From Candidatus Electronema aureum (GTDB lineage Bacteria; Desulfobacterota; Desulfobulbia; Desulfobulbales; Desulfobulbaceae), in assembly GCA_004284765.1 (NCBI GenBank), contig NQJD01000012.1, positions 1 through 32,000 on the forward strand: a stretch of DNA of 32,000 bases, written 5' to 3'. A model generated the notes under the pieces. The model had not been told where the DNA came from, searched no databases, and saw nothing but the letters and a program-made list of their open reading frames with translations. Positions 15,376 to 25,105 of the stretch are shown one piece after another (the stretch's first letter is position 1; every line of letters begins with the position of its first letter). Made by a program: the position numbers and the translations under genes.

Positions 15376-16357
15376 CGGCGCATTGATTGGTCAGGCTGTT
15401 GTAAACGATCACTCGGTTTCTGCCGCTTTCTTTGGCGCGGTACAGGGCGCGGTCGGCGCAGCAGATCAAGTCATCGGGTTGCTGCGGCTGGTGATTTTGA
15501 TACGAAGCGATGCCGATGCTGACAGTCATGCTGATACTGAATTGACCGTTGGCAAAGGGTTGTTCTAAGCAGTGATTGCGAATTTTCTCCGCCGCGATTA
15601 ACGCACCGCTGACATTGGTCTGTGGCAGCAGAATGATGAATTCCTCACCGCCAAAGCGAAAAGAAAAATCTGAACTACGGAGACCGGTGAGAATACGAGC
15701 AGCAAATTCTTTAATCACATAGTCGCCGAAATCGTGGCCGTAGCTGTCATTCACCTGTTTAAAATAGTCGAGATCGAGCATAAGCAACGACAGCTCGGTG
15801 CCGTAGCGTCGGCTCCGTTCCACCTCTCGCTTCATGACTTCAGCCAGCTTGCGCCGATTACAGAGACCGGTTAGTTCATCATGGGTAGCTAACCGCTCTA
15901 ACTGCCGGTTTTGTTCCAGCACTAATTGCTTAGTTCGCTCTAATTCACTGATGGTTTCTTTCAGTTGTTGCTGTTGTCGATAGATTTCTATGAAGAAAAG
16001 TACCTTGCCGATCAGGATTTCTGGGTGAAACGGCTTGGTGATGAAATCTACCGCTCCTGAATTATAGCCTTTGAAGATGTGAAAGCTGTCAGAATAAATG
16101 GCGGAGAGAAAAATAATTGGCAAACGACTGGTCTTCTCTCGGCCTCGGATTAGTCGGGCTAATTCGTAGCCGTCCATTTCCGGCATCTGCACATCAAGAA
16201 TGGCTAAGGCAAAGTCGTGATGAAGCAGCTCTCTAAGTGCGTCGTTGCCACTGGTGGCCTCGACAAACTCTGCCGTCACCTCTTGGAGAACGGTTTTCAG
16301 GGTGAAAAGATTGTTCGGTTTATCATCGACAATCAGTATCTTGATCTGCTCCGCCAT
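15347..16357 (-). CDS. Response regulator with GGDEF output (diguanylate cyclase)
   Basis: 336 aa. The REC domain is KILIVDDKPNN..ILDVQMPEMDGYEL. A coiled linker follows, then the GGDEF domain with LTGLCNRR and the RFGGEEF active site. Its 3' end overlaps the kinase start by 29 nt. Confidence 0.9.
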   Translation of the reverse strand: MAEQIKILIVDDKPNNLFTLKTVLQEVTAEFVEATSGNDALRELLHHDFALAILDVQMPEMDGYELARLIRGREKTSRLPIIFLSAIYSDSFHIFKGYNSGAVDFITKPFHPEILIGKVLFFIEIYRQQQQLKETISELERTKQLVLEQNRQLERLATHDELTGLCNRRKLAEVMKREVERSRRYGTELSLLMLDLDYFKQVNDSYGHDFGDYVIKEFAARILTGLRSSDFSFRFGGEEFIILLPQTNVSGALIAAEKIRNHCLEQPFANGQFSISMTVSIGIASYQNHQPQQPDDLICCADRALYRAKESGRNRVIVYNSLTNQCADEEPASRQP

Positions 16358-16381
16358 CGCCCTTACCTGAGTTGAATCGTG

Positions 16382-17392
16382 TCACCGGTCCCGACTGAGA
16401 ACATAATGAGCCAACCTACGGAGAATAGCCACGTTTTCTTGCTGATTGTCCTCAGTAAAGCAGGAGAGCGCGGCTAATCCGGTTGCCATTTCTTCTTCGG
16501 CCCGTTGGCGGCAGTAGATGAAACTGCCCAAGTTATTCATCACTTGTCGCACAATTACACAGGCCGCGCTATGGCGATCACCCTGAATGCTGTGCAGAAG
16601 CTCGGCTTTGTCCTGCCCTTCGGCACGACTGAGGGCATGAATCAGGGGTAAGGTCATTTTTCCTTCGGCAAAATCGTTGCCGACCTTCTTGCCGGTGGCC
16701 TGCTCGTCACCAAGATAATCAAGCAAATCATCAGCAATTTGAAAGGACAGGCCGATTTTTTCACCGTACAGCGTTAATGCCGCAAGCTGCTCTGAGTTGC
16801 CTTGCCCGTGCAGCGCACCCACTGCGCAGGCCGCGCTGATCAGTCCAGCAGTTTTCTTGCTAATAACCGCCAGATAGTGCGCTTCAGTTACAGTAGGATC
16901 GGCCACGCAGCGCATTTGAAGAAATTCACCGTCAACCATGCCTGCGGTGGCTGCGCAGAATACCTCTAAAGCCTGCGGTCCGGCCAGCGCACCGATCAGG
17001 TGCATGGAGCGGGCGTGCAGCCAGTCTCCGGCCAGAATAGCAGCGGCTGTGCCGTATTGACTGACTACGGACTTGCGGCCACGGCGGTTCTCGGCGTGAT
17101 CCAGCACATCGTCGTGAAGCAGGGTGGCGGTGTGCAGATATTCAAAGGCAGCGGCCAGTAGGCGGAGCTGCTGCCTATCGCCTTTGCCGCAAAGCCGCGA
17201 GCTGATCGCAGTCAGCAGAGGCCGCAGGCGTTTGCCACCGCCCAGCAGGGCGTAATTCAACACCTCGGCCAGCAGCGGATCGCTGCCGCGCAGCGTAGCG
17301 GCAAGATCAGAGCGCATGGACTCTTCGGCGTGGGCGGCGTTGTCAGCGATCTGAGCAAACAGGGCAGCAGTTTCCGCTGCGGACGGCTTCAT
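16382..17392 (-). CDS. Polyprenyl diphosphate synthase (trans-IPPS, IspB-like long-chain type)
   Basis: 336 aa. The first Asp-rich motif is LLHDDVLD and the second is QIADDLLD. GKRLRP is also present. Confidence 0.85.
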   Translation of the reverse strand: MKPSAAETAALFAQIADNAAHAEESMRSDLAATLRGSDPLLAEVLNYALLGGGKRLRPLLTAISSRLCGKGDRQQLRLLAAAFEYLHTATLLHDDVLDHAENRRGRKSVVSQYGTAAAILAGDWLHARSMHLIGALAGPQALEVFCAATAGMVDGEFLQMRCVADPTVTEAHYLAVISKKTAGLISAACAVGALHGQGNSEQLAALTLYGEKIGLSFQIADDLLDYLGDEQATGKKVGNDFAEGKMTLPLIHALSRAEGQDKAELLHSIQGDRHSAACVIVRQVMNNLGSFIYCRQRAEEEMATGLAALSCFTEDNQQENVAILRRLAHYVLSRDR

Positions 17393-17437
17393 CTTTTTTT
17401 CTTCCTTGGTATAATAACAGGTGAACTGCGGATTGGT

Positions 17438-19405
17438 TCAAGAGGCGAAGAATTTTTTTACCTCCCGCATGGTGCGAGTCAGCGGCGAAGGCGGTAGGCT
17501 GGCAATGAACCTGCCGCCGTAAGGCTTGGTGAACAGGCGCACGTCAAGGACAGCAGCCACGCCTCGGTCTCCGGCCCGACGCATCAACCTACCCACGCCC
17601 TGCCGCAGGCCGAGAATTGCCCTTGGCACCTGAAATTCCGAAAACGGATTGCCGCCCGTAGCCTTGATCCGTTCAATCCGAGCCAACAGCACCGGATCAG
17701 TGGGAACTTCAAAAGGCAGTTTGTCGATGATGACCATGCTCAGAGATTCTCCCGGCACATCAACCCCTTCCCAAAAGCTGGCCACCGCAAAGAGTACCGA
17801 GTCGGTTTCCTCGCTGAAACGGGTCAATAGCTGCTGGCGGGAAGCTGTACCTTGACGGAGCAACGGGTAGTTCAGCTCGTCACGCAGGCTGTGCCAAGCT
17901 AACTCCAAGGCTTGGAAAGAGGTAAACAGCACCAAGGCGCGCCCGCGTGAGCAGATGAGCAAATTTTTGATTTCCTGATGCAGCTTTTCCCGGTAGCCAG
18001 GGCCGTTGGGTTCAGGAAAACTGCCGTCTGGCACATAGAGCAGGGTTCGCTTTTTGTAATCAAATGGCGAAGGAAAGGAAAGAGACGGGCTGTTTTCTGG
18101 AATACCAAGGCGACGGCTGAAATAGCCAAAGCCTACGCCCGCGCTGAGGGTGGCCGAGGTAAAAACACAGTGCTGCACCTGAGCAAAAAGCACCTTTTGC
18201 AGGTCAGTAGCGACATCAATGGGTGTGGCAGTCAGGGTGAGGTTTTTTTCGCTCCGCTCAAACCAGCGGACATGGCTGCTTTGCTCGGCAGTGGGCTGGG
18301 TCGTGATTTGGTCGAGGCAATCGCCCATGTCTTCGCAGCGGGGCAAGAATTGCTTCCACGGGCCGTCGGTTTCTTTTTCAGCAGTTAGCTCTAACTGGTC
18401 GGCCAAAAATTCCAGATCAGCGCGGAGCGCGTCTTTGAGCGGAACAAGCACGGGTTGCGCTGCAAAAAGGTCAGGCAGCGAGAAGCGGCCTTTAGGTGGC
18501 GGGAAAAGGTTGAAAAAACGTTCGCCTATTCCTGCTAAGTTTTCCACCGCAGTGAAAATTTTTTTATGCTTCCGCTTGCCGCCGCTCTCCCGCGCTGCTT
18601 TTTCAACATCAGCAATCAGGTCAACGAGCTGGTAGCGGGAAAAGGAGAAGCCGAAGAATTGGGCGGCAATGTCTTCCAAATGATGCGCTTCATCAAAAAT
18701 AACAGTTTCATAACGAGGCAGCACTTCGCCATAACCGCTCCGGCGCACCGCCAAGTCGGAAAAAAGAAGATGGTGATTAACCACCAAAAGCTGGCAAGTG
18801 GCGGCTTCACGACGAACTTTGTTCAGATAGCAGCGGCTGTGATCAGGACAGTCCGAGCCGAGGCAGAAATGAGTCTGGCAGCAAATTTTCTGCCAGAGCG
18901 ACGAGCTGCCAGAAAGACTGGGGAGTTCGGCCCGATCAGCAAAGGTAGTTTTTTTTAGCCAAGCGCGGAGCTGGGCTGTTGTGATGTCCCCGCTTTCCTC
19001 GGCAGCGGCGAACAATTCCTGCTGGCCACCTGCCGTGAGCTGGTGCCAGCGGTGCAGACAGAGGTAGTTTTGGCGGCCTTTGACGCACATCGCCTTGAGA
19101 TCAGGGGCAAGATGCTCGCGAATGAAAGGAATCTCGCGGCTAAGGATTTGATCTTGCAAATTGCGGGTATTGGTTGAGACCATTGCCTTGCGTCCGCTCA
19201 GAACAGTCGGAATCAGATAAGCCAAGGTCTTACCTAAACCGGTTTCTGCTTCCACGATCAGGCAGGCAGCAGGCGGGTCGTCTTGCCGCGCCAGCAGCTT
19301 GGCAACTGCCGCAGCCATTTTTTGTTGGCCAAGACGGGCCTCGTGTTCTGGTAAGTGCCGGGATAAAATACCTGCCGGGCCGAAAATTTCTTTCATCTGC
19401 TCCAT
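17438..19405 (-). CDS. dinG: ATP-dependent DNA helicase, DinG/XPD (Rad3) family with Fe-S cluster cysteines
   Basis: 655 aa. Walker A is ETGLGKTLAYLIP and the DEAH box is FDEAHHLED. A Cys cluster (C..CLHRW ... CCQTHFCLGSDCPDHSRCYL) lies between motifs I and II, as in XPD-type helicases. The C-terminal motifs are SATLS and GVGRLMR. Confidence 0.85.
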   Translation of the reverse strand: MEQMKEIFGPAGILSRHLPEHEARLGQQKMAAAVAKLLARQDDPPAACLIVEAETGLGKTLAYLIPTVLSGRKAMVSTNTRNLQDQILSREIPFIREHLAPDLKAMCVKGRQNYLCLHRWHQLTAGGQQELFAAAEESGDITTAQLRAWLKKTTFADRAELPSLSGSSSLWQKICCQTHFCLGSDCPDHSRCYLNKVRREAATCQLLVVNHHLLFSDLAVRRSGYGEVLPRYETVIFDEAHHLEDIAAQFFGFSFSRYQLVDLIADVEKAARESGGKRKHKKIFTAVENLAGIGERFFNLFPPPKGRFSLPDLFAAQPVLVPLKDALRADLEFLADQLELTAEKETDGPWKQFLPRCEDMGDCLDQITTQPTAEQSSHVRWFERSEKNLTLTATPIDVATDLQKVLFAQVQHCVFTSATLSAGVGFGYFSRRLGIPENSPSLSFPSPFDYKKRTLLYVPDGSFPEPNGPGYREKLHQEIKNLLICSRGRALVLFTSFQALELAWHSLRDELNYPLLRQGTASRQQLLTRFSEETDSVLFAVASFWEGVDVPGESLSMVIIDKLPFEVPTDPVLLARIERIKATGGNPFSEFQVPRAILGLRQGVGRLMRRAGDRGVAAVLDVRLFTKPYGGRFIASLPPSPLTRTMREVKKFFAS

Positions 19406-19545
19406 AGTCTCTGATTATCTCCTCCGGGGCGCAGCATAACGTTGACGTTTTTCAGTTGTCAACAACAAAGGCATAAAGTAGTAATGATTATTGAGGAGAT
19501 TCATTCCTGTTCCTCTGCCGCAGAACCTTTACCCGTAAAACGGCC

Positions 19546-21369
19546 ATGTGTGATCCAGCTCCCCATCAGCCTGCCGCGCTCCTGCATGAGGATGTCTATC
19601 TTGAGGATGGCGAAGTCGTCCTTGCGGTGGATGATTTCGTCCAGATAGCCGATATCATTCAGGCGTATCTCCAGCACCGCTGCCTCAAAACCATGACCGC
19701 TGGTTCGGTGGCCGAATTTCGGCAGATGCTGAAGCAGGTGCCGGTGGCTTTGGTGCTGTTGGATATTAATCTACCTGACGGCAACGGCGCGGATTTGATC
19801 CCAGAAATTAAGGCAGCTTATCCCGATACCGCTGTGATTATGCTCTCCGGCGTGACTGATCTCCAGACCGCGCTCAAGTGCATCCGCCACGGCGCGGACG
19901 ATTACCTGACCAAGCCGGTGCAGTTTGAGCCATTCTGGGAGACGGTGCGCAAGGTACTGGAAAAACGACGGCTGAAGATCAACAACCGTCGTTATCAAAA
20001 GCAGATTGAGCAGGCAAATTTTCGCCTTCAATTGATGCATGAGCTGTCAGTAAAGATGAACACGGCCTACCTCAGCATGAATGCCTTGGATGAAATTCTG
20101 CGGGCTATTTTGGTAGGTATCACCGCTGAAGAAGGGCTGGGCTTCAACCGAGCCTTTCTCGCTCTTTTCGATGACTCCGAGCAGATACTCGAAGGCCGGA
20201 TGGCAATCGGGCCAGGCCGCCGAGAGGACGCGCTCCGCATCTGGCAGGAGATTAACAAACAAGACCTCAGTTTTCACGATCTCATCGATTCTGTCCGTGG
20301 GCATGATTTTCATGAGGATAGCGAAGTGAACCGGATTGTCAGGGCATTGCGGATTGAGTCTGCCGACAAAGAGCATCTGCTCTTCCGCGCTGCCTCAGAA
20401 CGCCGGACTATTAATGTTTGCAGCGGCCAATGCGACTGCCCGGTGCCGGTGGAGTTGATGGGTCTTTTGGAGGAGGACAGCTTTGTGGTGGTGCCGCTTT
20501 TCTCCCAGAATCATTCGTTAGGTGTGATCATTGCCGATAATTTTGTCACTGGCAAGCAGATTGATGAAGAATTAGTTCATGCTTTGGAGAGCTTTGCCAG
20601 CCAAGCCAGTTTAGCAATTGAACATTGGCGAATGTACATGCATATGGAGCATAAAATCAATGAGTTAGAGACAGTCACCGAGGAATTAGACAAGAACAAA
20701 GATATGTTAGTGGAGGCCGAGCGTTATGCTGCGGTTGGCCAAGTAGCGGCACAGTTAGCCCACAACATCCGCAATCCGGTCACGGCTATTGGCGGCACCG
20801 CTCGATTGCTCAGTCGGAAGATCAGTGATCCGCAACAGCTCAATTTTCTCAGCATGATGATTAAAGAGGCAGTCAAAATTGAGCATACGCTGGAGGACTT
20901 GCTTAACTTTGTCGATAAAGAACAGCCTGCGATAGAACAGGTGCTGCTCTATCCATTGCTCATCAAATCACTGATGCTATTTTACAGCACTATGCAGAAG
21001 CAGGGGATTGAATACGAGGTGATCATGATTGATCGCCAGCTCATCTGTATGGTTGATCCCAAACAGATGAGACAGGTTTTTGTTCATCTGATCCGCAATG
21101 CAGTAGAGGCGATGGAGCAGGGCGGCAAGCTGATCATAGAAGCAGCGACCGCAGACGGACAGCTGCGCATCGCAGTGCGAGACAGCGGTCTTGGTATTGC
21201 TGAAGCGGACATCCGCCGGGCAACTGATCCCTTCTACACCACCAAGATCGCAGGCACTGGCGTTGGTTTGGCTTTAGTACAACGGGTGATCAAGGATCAC
21301 AACGGCTCGATGATTATTAGCAGGCGACCAAGCGGTGGCACGAAAGTTGCCCTTGTTCTGCCTGGATAA
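19546..21369 (+). CDS. Sensor histidine kinase with N-terminal receiver and GAF-like domain
   Basis: 607 aa. The REC domain is VLAVDD..LLDINLPDGNGADL..LSG..K. A GAF-like middle region follows. The H-box is AAQLAHNIRNPVTAIGG, and the HATPase motifs are HLIRNAVEAM, DSGLGI and GTGVGLALV. The frame opens at 19495 and the first start codon is ATG 19546. Confidence 0.85.
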   Translation: MCDPAPHQPAALLHEDVYLEDGEVVLAVDDFVQIADIIQAYLQHRCLKTMTAGSVAEFRQMLKQVPVALVLLDINLPDGNGADLIPEIKAAYPDTAVIMLSGVTDLQTALKCIRHGADDYLTKPVQFEPFWETVRKVLEKRRLKINNRRYQKQIEQANFRLQLMHELSVKMNTAYLSMNALDEILRAILVGITAEEGLGFNRAFLALFDDSEQILEGRMAIGPGRREDALRIWQEINKQDLSFHDLIDSVRGHDFHEDSEVNRIVRALRIESADKEHLLFRAASERRTINVCSGQCDCPVPVELMGLLEEDSFVVVPLFSQNHSLGVIIADNFVTGKQIDEELVHALESFASQASLAIEHWRMYMHMEHKINELETVTEELDKNKDMLVEAERYAAVGQVAAQLAHNIRNPVTAIGGTARLLSRKISDPQQLNFLSMMIKEAVKIEHTLEDLLNFVDKEQPAIEQVLLYPLLIKSLMLFYSTMQKQGIEYEVIMIDRQLICMVDPKQMRQVFVHLIRNAVEAMEQGGKLIIEAATADGQLRIAVRDSGLGIAEADIRRATDPFYTTKIAGTGVGLALVQRVIKDHNGSMIISRRPSGGTKVALVLPG

Positions 21370-21459
21370 GCACGTTTGCAGTTGCTAAAACAGAGCGAAC
21401 CTGATACAGAAGGGAAGCATTTTCATCCCTATAAACATATTCTTCATAAGGAACAGATC

Positions 21460-22671
21460 ATGGCTCAGGAAATCATCCATCTTGCCGAACGGGTGCTACA
21501 AGTACCGCCTTCGCCGACGCTGGCAGTCAACGCCAAGGCCAAAGCACTCAAGGCAGCTGGTGAGGATATTTTGAATTTCAGCGTGGGTGAGCCGGATTTC
21601 GACACCCCGGAGCATGTACGCGAGGCCGGAAAAAAGGCGATTGATGACGGCCACACTCGTTACACGGCGGTACCCGGCATTCCAGAGCTGCGCGAGGCGG
21701 TCTGTATGCGCTTTAAGGAGGATCACGACTGGGACTATCATCCTGATCAGATTCAGGTTTGCTGCGGCGGCAAACAAGGGTTGTACAACATCTTTCAGGC
21801 CATGCTCAATCCCGGCGATGAAGTGCTGATTCCGGCTCCGTACTGGGTTTCTTATCCGCCGATCGTCCAGCTTGCGGGCGGTGTGCCGGTCGAGGTACCT
21901 TTGGATGAGGCAATGAATTTTGATCTCAACCCTAACACGTTAGCCGCTAAAGTAACCAGCAAGACTAAGGCTATTTTCCTCAACAGTCCGTCCAACCCAG
22001 CAGGCTCGATTTTCTCCGCCACGGCACTGGAAGCAGTGGCAAAAATGGCCTTGGAACGCGGCTGGTTAGTGGTTACAGACGACATCTATGAGACCATTAC
22101 CTATTTGGACGGCAAACTGCCGCACATTCTGGATGTGGAGCCGCGCCTGAAGACACAGACCGTGGTGCTGAACGGGGTGTCGAAATCCTTTGCCATGACT
22201 GGTTGGCGGATCGGCTACTGCGCCGGGCCTGCCCATTTGATCAAGGCAATGAACAAAATTCAGAGCCAATCGACTTCTAACCCCTGCACCCCGGCCCAGT
22301 ACGCGGCCTTAGCTGCTTTGATCGGGCCGCAGGATTTTCCCGGCATCATGAAGCAGGCTTTCCTGCCCCGGCGTGATTTCTTTGTTCAAGATTTGGAGTC
22401 GATTGAAGGCGTGAGTTGTGTCAATCCGAGCGGGGCATTCTATGTCTTTCCGAATTTCTCTGCGTATTACGGCAAATCATTCAAGGGCAAGGTGATTAAA
22501 GATTCAGTGGCAATGGCGGATTATTTCTTAGACGAGGCCAAAGTTGCCTCAGTGCCGGGTGCAGCTTTTGGTGCAGATGCCTTTGTTCGTTTTTCGTTTG
22601 CCACCTCAATGGAGGTTATTCAAGAAGGAATGACGCGGATTAAACAGGCGTTGGCTGCTTTGGCTGGTTGA
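21460..22671 (+). CDS. Class-I pyridoxal-phosphate aminotransferase (aspartate aminotransferase type)
   Basis: The start is moved to ATG 21460 (MAQEIIHLA), which has AAGGAA upstream; the ORF-track start at 21376 is a TTG. It carries LNFSVGEPDFDTP, HTRYT, YWVSYP and the PLP-lysine block NGVSKSFAMTGWRIGY. Confidence 0.85.
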   Translation: MAQEIIHLAERVLQVPPSPTLAVNAKAKALKAAGEDILNFSVGEPDFDTPEHVREAGKKAIDDGHTRYTAVPGIPELREAVCMRFKEDHDWDYHPDQIQVCCGGKQGLYNIFQAMLNPGDEVLIPAPYWVSYPPIVQLAGGVPVEVPLDEAMNFDLNPNTLAAKVTSKTKAIFLNSPSNPAGSIFSATALEAVAKMALERGWLVVTDDIYETITYLDGKLPHILDVEPRLKTQTVVLNGVSKSFAMTGWRIGYCAGPAHLIKAMNKIQSQSTSNPCTPAQYAALAALIGPQDFPGIMKQAFLPRRDFFVQDLESIEGVSCVNPSGAFYVFPNFSAYYGKSFKGKVIKDSVAMADYFLDEAKVASVPGAAFGADAFVRFSFATSMEVIQEGMTRIKQALAALAG

Positions 22672-22693
22672 TGCAAGAAGATTGATCTGCCGT

Positions 22694-22727
22694 GGGGACG
22701 GTTTTCGCACCGTCCCTTGTTTTTTAT
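22694..22727 (+). terminator. Rho-independent terminator after the aminotransferase gene
   Basis: The stem is GGGACGGT (22695-22702) paired with ACCGTCCC (22709-22716). The loop is 6 nt, and the stem is followed by TTGTTTTTTATT. Confidence 0.7.
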
Positions 22728-22824
22728 TAAACCTCCTGCATAACTCATTCGCTGAAATCAGTAGGGTCACGGCGCGTATTTTTCTGGCGCATTGAATAAC
22801 GAGCGTAAATCCTTATCAAATATT

Positions 22825-23700
22825 ATGCCGAATAAACCCAAACCACTCTTTGAATCTCCTCAGCAGGTAATCAGTGACATCGTCCTGCTCTGCATCGGCA
22901 GCAGCCTCTGCGCCACGGCTGTTAATGGTATTTTGATTCCAAATAATTTCGTCACCGGTGGTGTTACCGGCATTGCCTTGATCTTGCATAAAATACTTCC
23001 GGTGCTTGATGTCGGTATGATTTACCTGTTGCTGAACGTGCCGCTTTTTGCCTTAGCTTGGATGACCATTGGAAGAAGATTTTTCTTTTACAGTATCATC
23101 GGTACGATGACATTGACATTTGCTCTGCTTTTTGTTAACTTCATTCACTTCAATCTTGCTGACAAAATGCTGAATGCCCTGCTTGCTGGTTTGATTCTTG
23201 GCGGTGGAGCAGGACTTTGCTTGCGGACTTCTGGTTCGCAAGGCGGCATGGATATTCTTTCTGTGGTTATGCTCAAGCGTTTTTCGATTAACATCGGCAA
23301 TACCATTCTAACTGTCAATTGTATTGTCCTGCTGATCATTTCAGTGTATTATTCCATTGAATCCGTACTTTACACCATGATTGTAGTTTACGTCACCTCC
23401 AAGGTGCTTAATATCGTGGTGACAGGTCTCAGTCAAAGGAAATCAGTCTTTATTATTTCGCCAAAATGGGAAGAAATTGCTCAGGAAATCCTAAAAGACA
23501 TCCGACGTGGAGCCACAATCATCAAAGGCCGAGGAGCATACAGCAGAAATGAAGAGCATATTCTCTATGCAGTGATCACCTTTACAGAAATTGGTCAGCT
23601 CAAGCGAATTGTCCGCAGCATTGATCCAGGAGCTTTTGTAGTTATCAGCGATACGCTGGAGGTAATGAACTACCGCATTGGTAATCAGCCGCATTGGTAA
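22825..23700 (+). CDS. YitT-family membrane protein (DUF2179 C-terminal domain)
   Basis: It has multiple TM segments with GGVTGIALIL and SQGGMDIL motifs, plus a C-terminal soluble domain (RGATIIKGRGAYS...VVISDTLEV). The start is ambiguous. ATG 22825 is chosen over the ORF-track TTG 22792. Neither has a clear SD. Confidence 0.75.
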   Translation: MPNKPKPLFESPQQVISDIVLLCIGSSLCATAVNGILIPNNFVTGGVTGIALILHKILPVLDVGMIYLLLNVPLFALAWMTIGRRFFFYSIIGTMTLTFALLFVNFIHFNLADKMLNALLAGLILGGGAGLCLRTSGSQGGMDILSVVMLKRFSINIGNTILTVNCIVLLIISVYYSIESVLYTMIVVYVTSKVLNIVVTGLSQRKSVFIISPKWEEIAQEILKDIRRGATIIKGRGAYSRNEEHILYAVITFTEIGQLKRIVRSIDPGAFVVISDTLEVMNYRIGNQPHW

Positions 23701-23727
23701 TAATTTTTCTCAGCTACAGGATAACTT

Positions 23728-24891
23728 ATGCAAAACTTTGTCTTTCATAATCCAACCAAGATCATCTTCGGACGTGGTACAGTGCCATCTATTGGCAAAG
23801 AAAGTGCTGAATTTGGCAACCGCGCTCTGTTAGTCTATGGTCAGAACAGCATCAAAAAGAATGGCTTGCACGGGCAGGTCGTAGCCTCACTTGCTCAGGC
23901 CGGACTTACAGTGATTGAACACGGCGGAGTCTGCTCAAATCCGCTGCTGGAGCATGTGCGGGCCGGCATCGCCAAGGTGCGCGAGCATGATATTCAGGTG
24001 ATTGTCGCGGTGGGTGGTGGTTCGGTGATTGACACGGCCAAGGCTATTGCCGCAGGTAGCCCAGCAGATTGCGATGTCTGGAATTTTTTCATCGGCAAGC
24101 AAACCCTTAAAACCGCCCTGCCGATCACAACGGTGCTCACGTTAGCCGCCACTGGTTCAGAAATGAATGCTGGTACAGTGATCACTAACGAGGCCAGCAA
24201 AGGAAAATTTGCATTAAGCCATCGCCTGCTCTACCCAAAGGTGTCCATCCTTGACCCGGAACAAACCTTCACAGTGCCGCCGAGCTACACCGCTTACGGT
24301 GCCGTGGATGCCATCGCCCATGTGTTGGAATTCTACATGACTACCACGGATGAGGACGTGCCGGTGCAGGCGGAGTTGATGGAAGGGTTGATTCGTAATG
24401 CGATGCAATCCTGCGAACGCTGCCTCGCTGATCCTTGCGACTACGGCGGACGCTCTGCTTTGATGTGGACGGCAACGTTAGCTCTGAATGGCCTCACCGG
24501 TGCTGGTTTAGGGCAAACCGCCTTTCCCATGCACATGATTGAACATTCTCTGAGCGCATTGTATAACGTTGCGCACGGGGCAGGTCTGGCTGTGGTCATT
24601 CCGGGCTGGCTGCGCTGGCGGCTGCCGCAGGACGCAGCTCGGATTGCTCGACTGGGCCGCAGTGTCTTTAATCTGGTCGGTGGAACAGATGCGGAACGTG
24701 CCGAACAGACTATCCTTGCCTTCCGCAACTGGTTCAGCAAAGTCGGCAGCCCGGTCACTTTAGCCGAGCTGAATATCCCAGCCAGCGATACTTCTCAAAT
24801 TGCTGCCAACGCGTTGACTCTGGCCCGTCTCTGGCGGTTAGACGCATATTCGCAGGAGAACATCGAGGCTGTTCTTTCCCTCTGTCAATAA
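23728..24891 (+). CDS. Iron-containing (group III) alcohol dehydrogenase, butanol-dehydrogenase/YqhD-like
   Basis: 387 aa. It carries FHNPTKIIFGRG, VAVGGGSVIDTAKAIA and LTLAATGSEMN. The metal-binding His region is DAIAHVLE...HMIEHSLSALYNVAHGAGLA. Confidence 0.85.
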   Translation: MQNFVFHNPTKIIFGRGTVPSIGKESAEFGNRALLVYGQNSIKKNGLHGQVVASLAQAGLTVIEHGGVCSNPLLEHVRAGIAKVREHDIQVIVAVGGGSVIDTAKAIAAGSPADCDVWNFFIGKQTLKTALPITTVLTLAATGSEMNAGTVITNEASKGKFALSHRLLYPKVSILDPEQTFTVPPSYTAYGAVDAIAHVLEFYMTTTDEDVPVQAELMEGLIRNAMQSCERCLADPCDYGGRSALMWTATLALNGLTGAGLGQTAFPMHMIEHSLSALYNVAHGAGLAVVIPGWLRWRLPQDAARIARLGRSVFNLVGGTDAERAEQTILAFRNWFSKVGSPVTLAELNIPASDTSQIAANALTLARLWRLDAYSQENIEAVLSLCQ

Positions 24892-24988
24892 AAGATACAG
24901 CACGGTAGCAGAAAAAACATGACAATTGCTTTGATCTACGTTACAAAAGAAGAATCTGCCCTCCCGCTGCCGTAGAGCAGAAAAGCAG

Positions 24989-25016
24989 TTGCAAGCCGCG
25001 CCGGAACAGCTATACT
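24989..25016 (+). promoter_or_regulatory. Candidate sigma70-type promoter for glgB
   Basis: TTGCAA (24989-24994) is followed by a 16-nt spacer and then TATACT (25011-25016). This lies about 90 nt upstream of the glgB ATG. The ORF-track TTG start at 24989 coincides with this -35 box. Confidence 0.4.
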
Positions 25017-25105
25017 ATCCGCTGTTTTCCAGATTAATCTCCGGCAGCAGTTCAGCGGCCCCGCCGTTCTGTCCTGTTGCTTTCAGCTTGAAGGTGTCCT
25101 GTCAG

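Noticed and set aside
24989-25105. The 39-codon N-terminal extension of glgB from a TTG start at 24989.
   Set aside because: The extension has no similarity to GlgB N-termini. The TTG coincides with a good -35 hexamer (TTGCAA-N16-TATACT). ATG 25106 has an AAGGTG upstream and gives the usual N-terminus.
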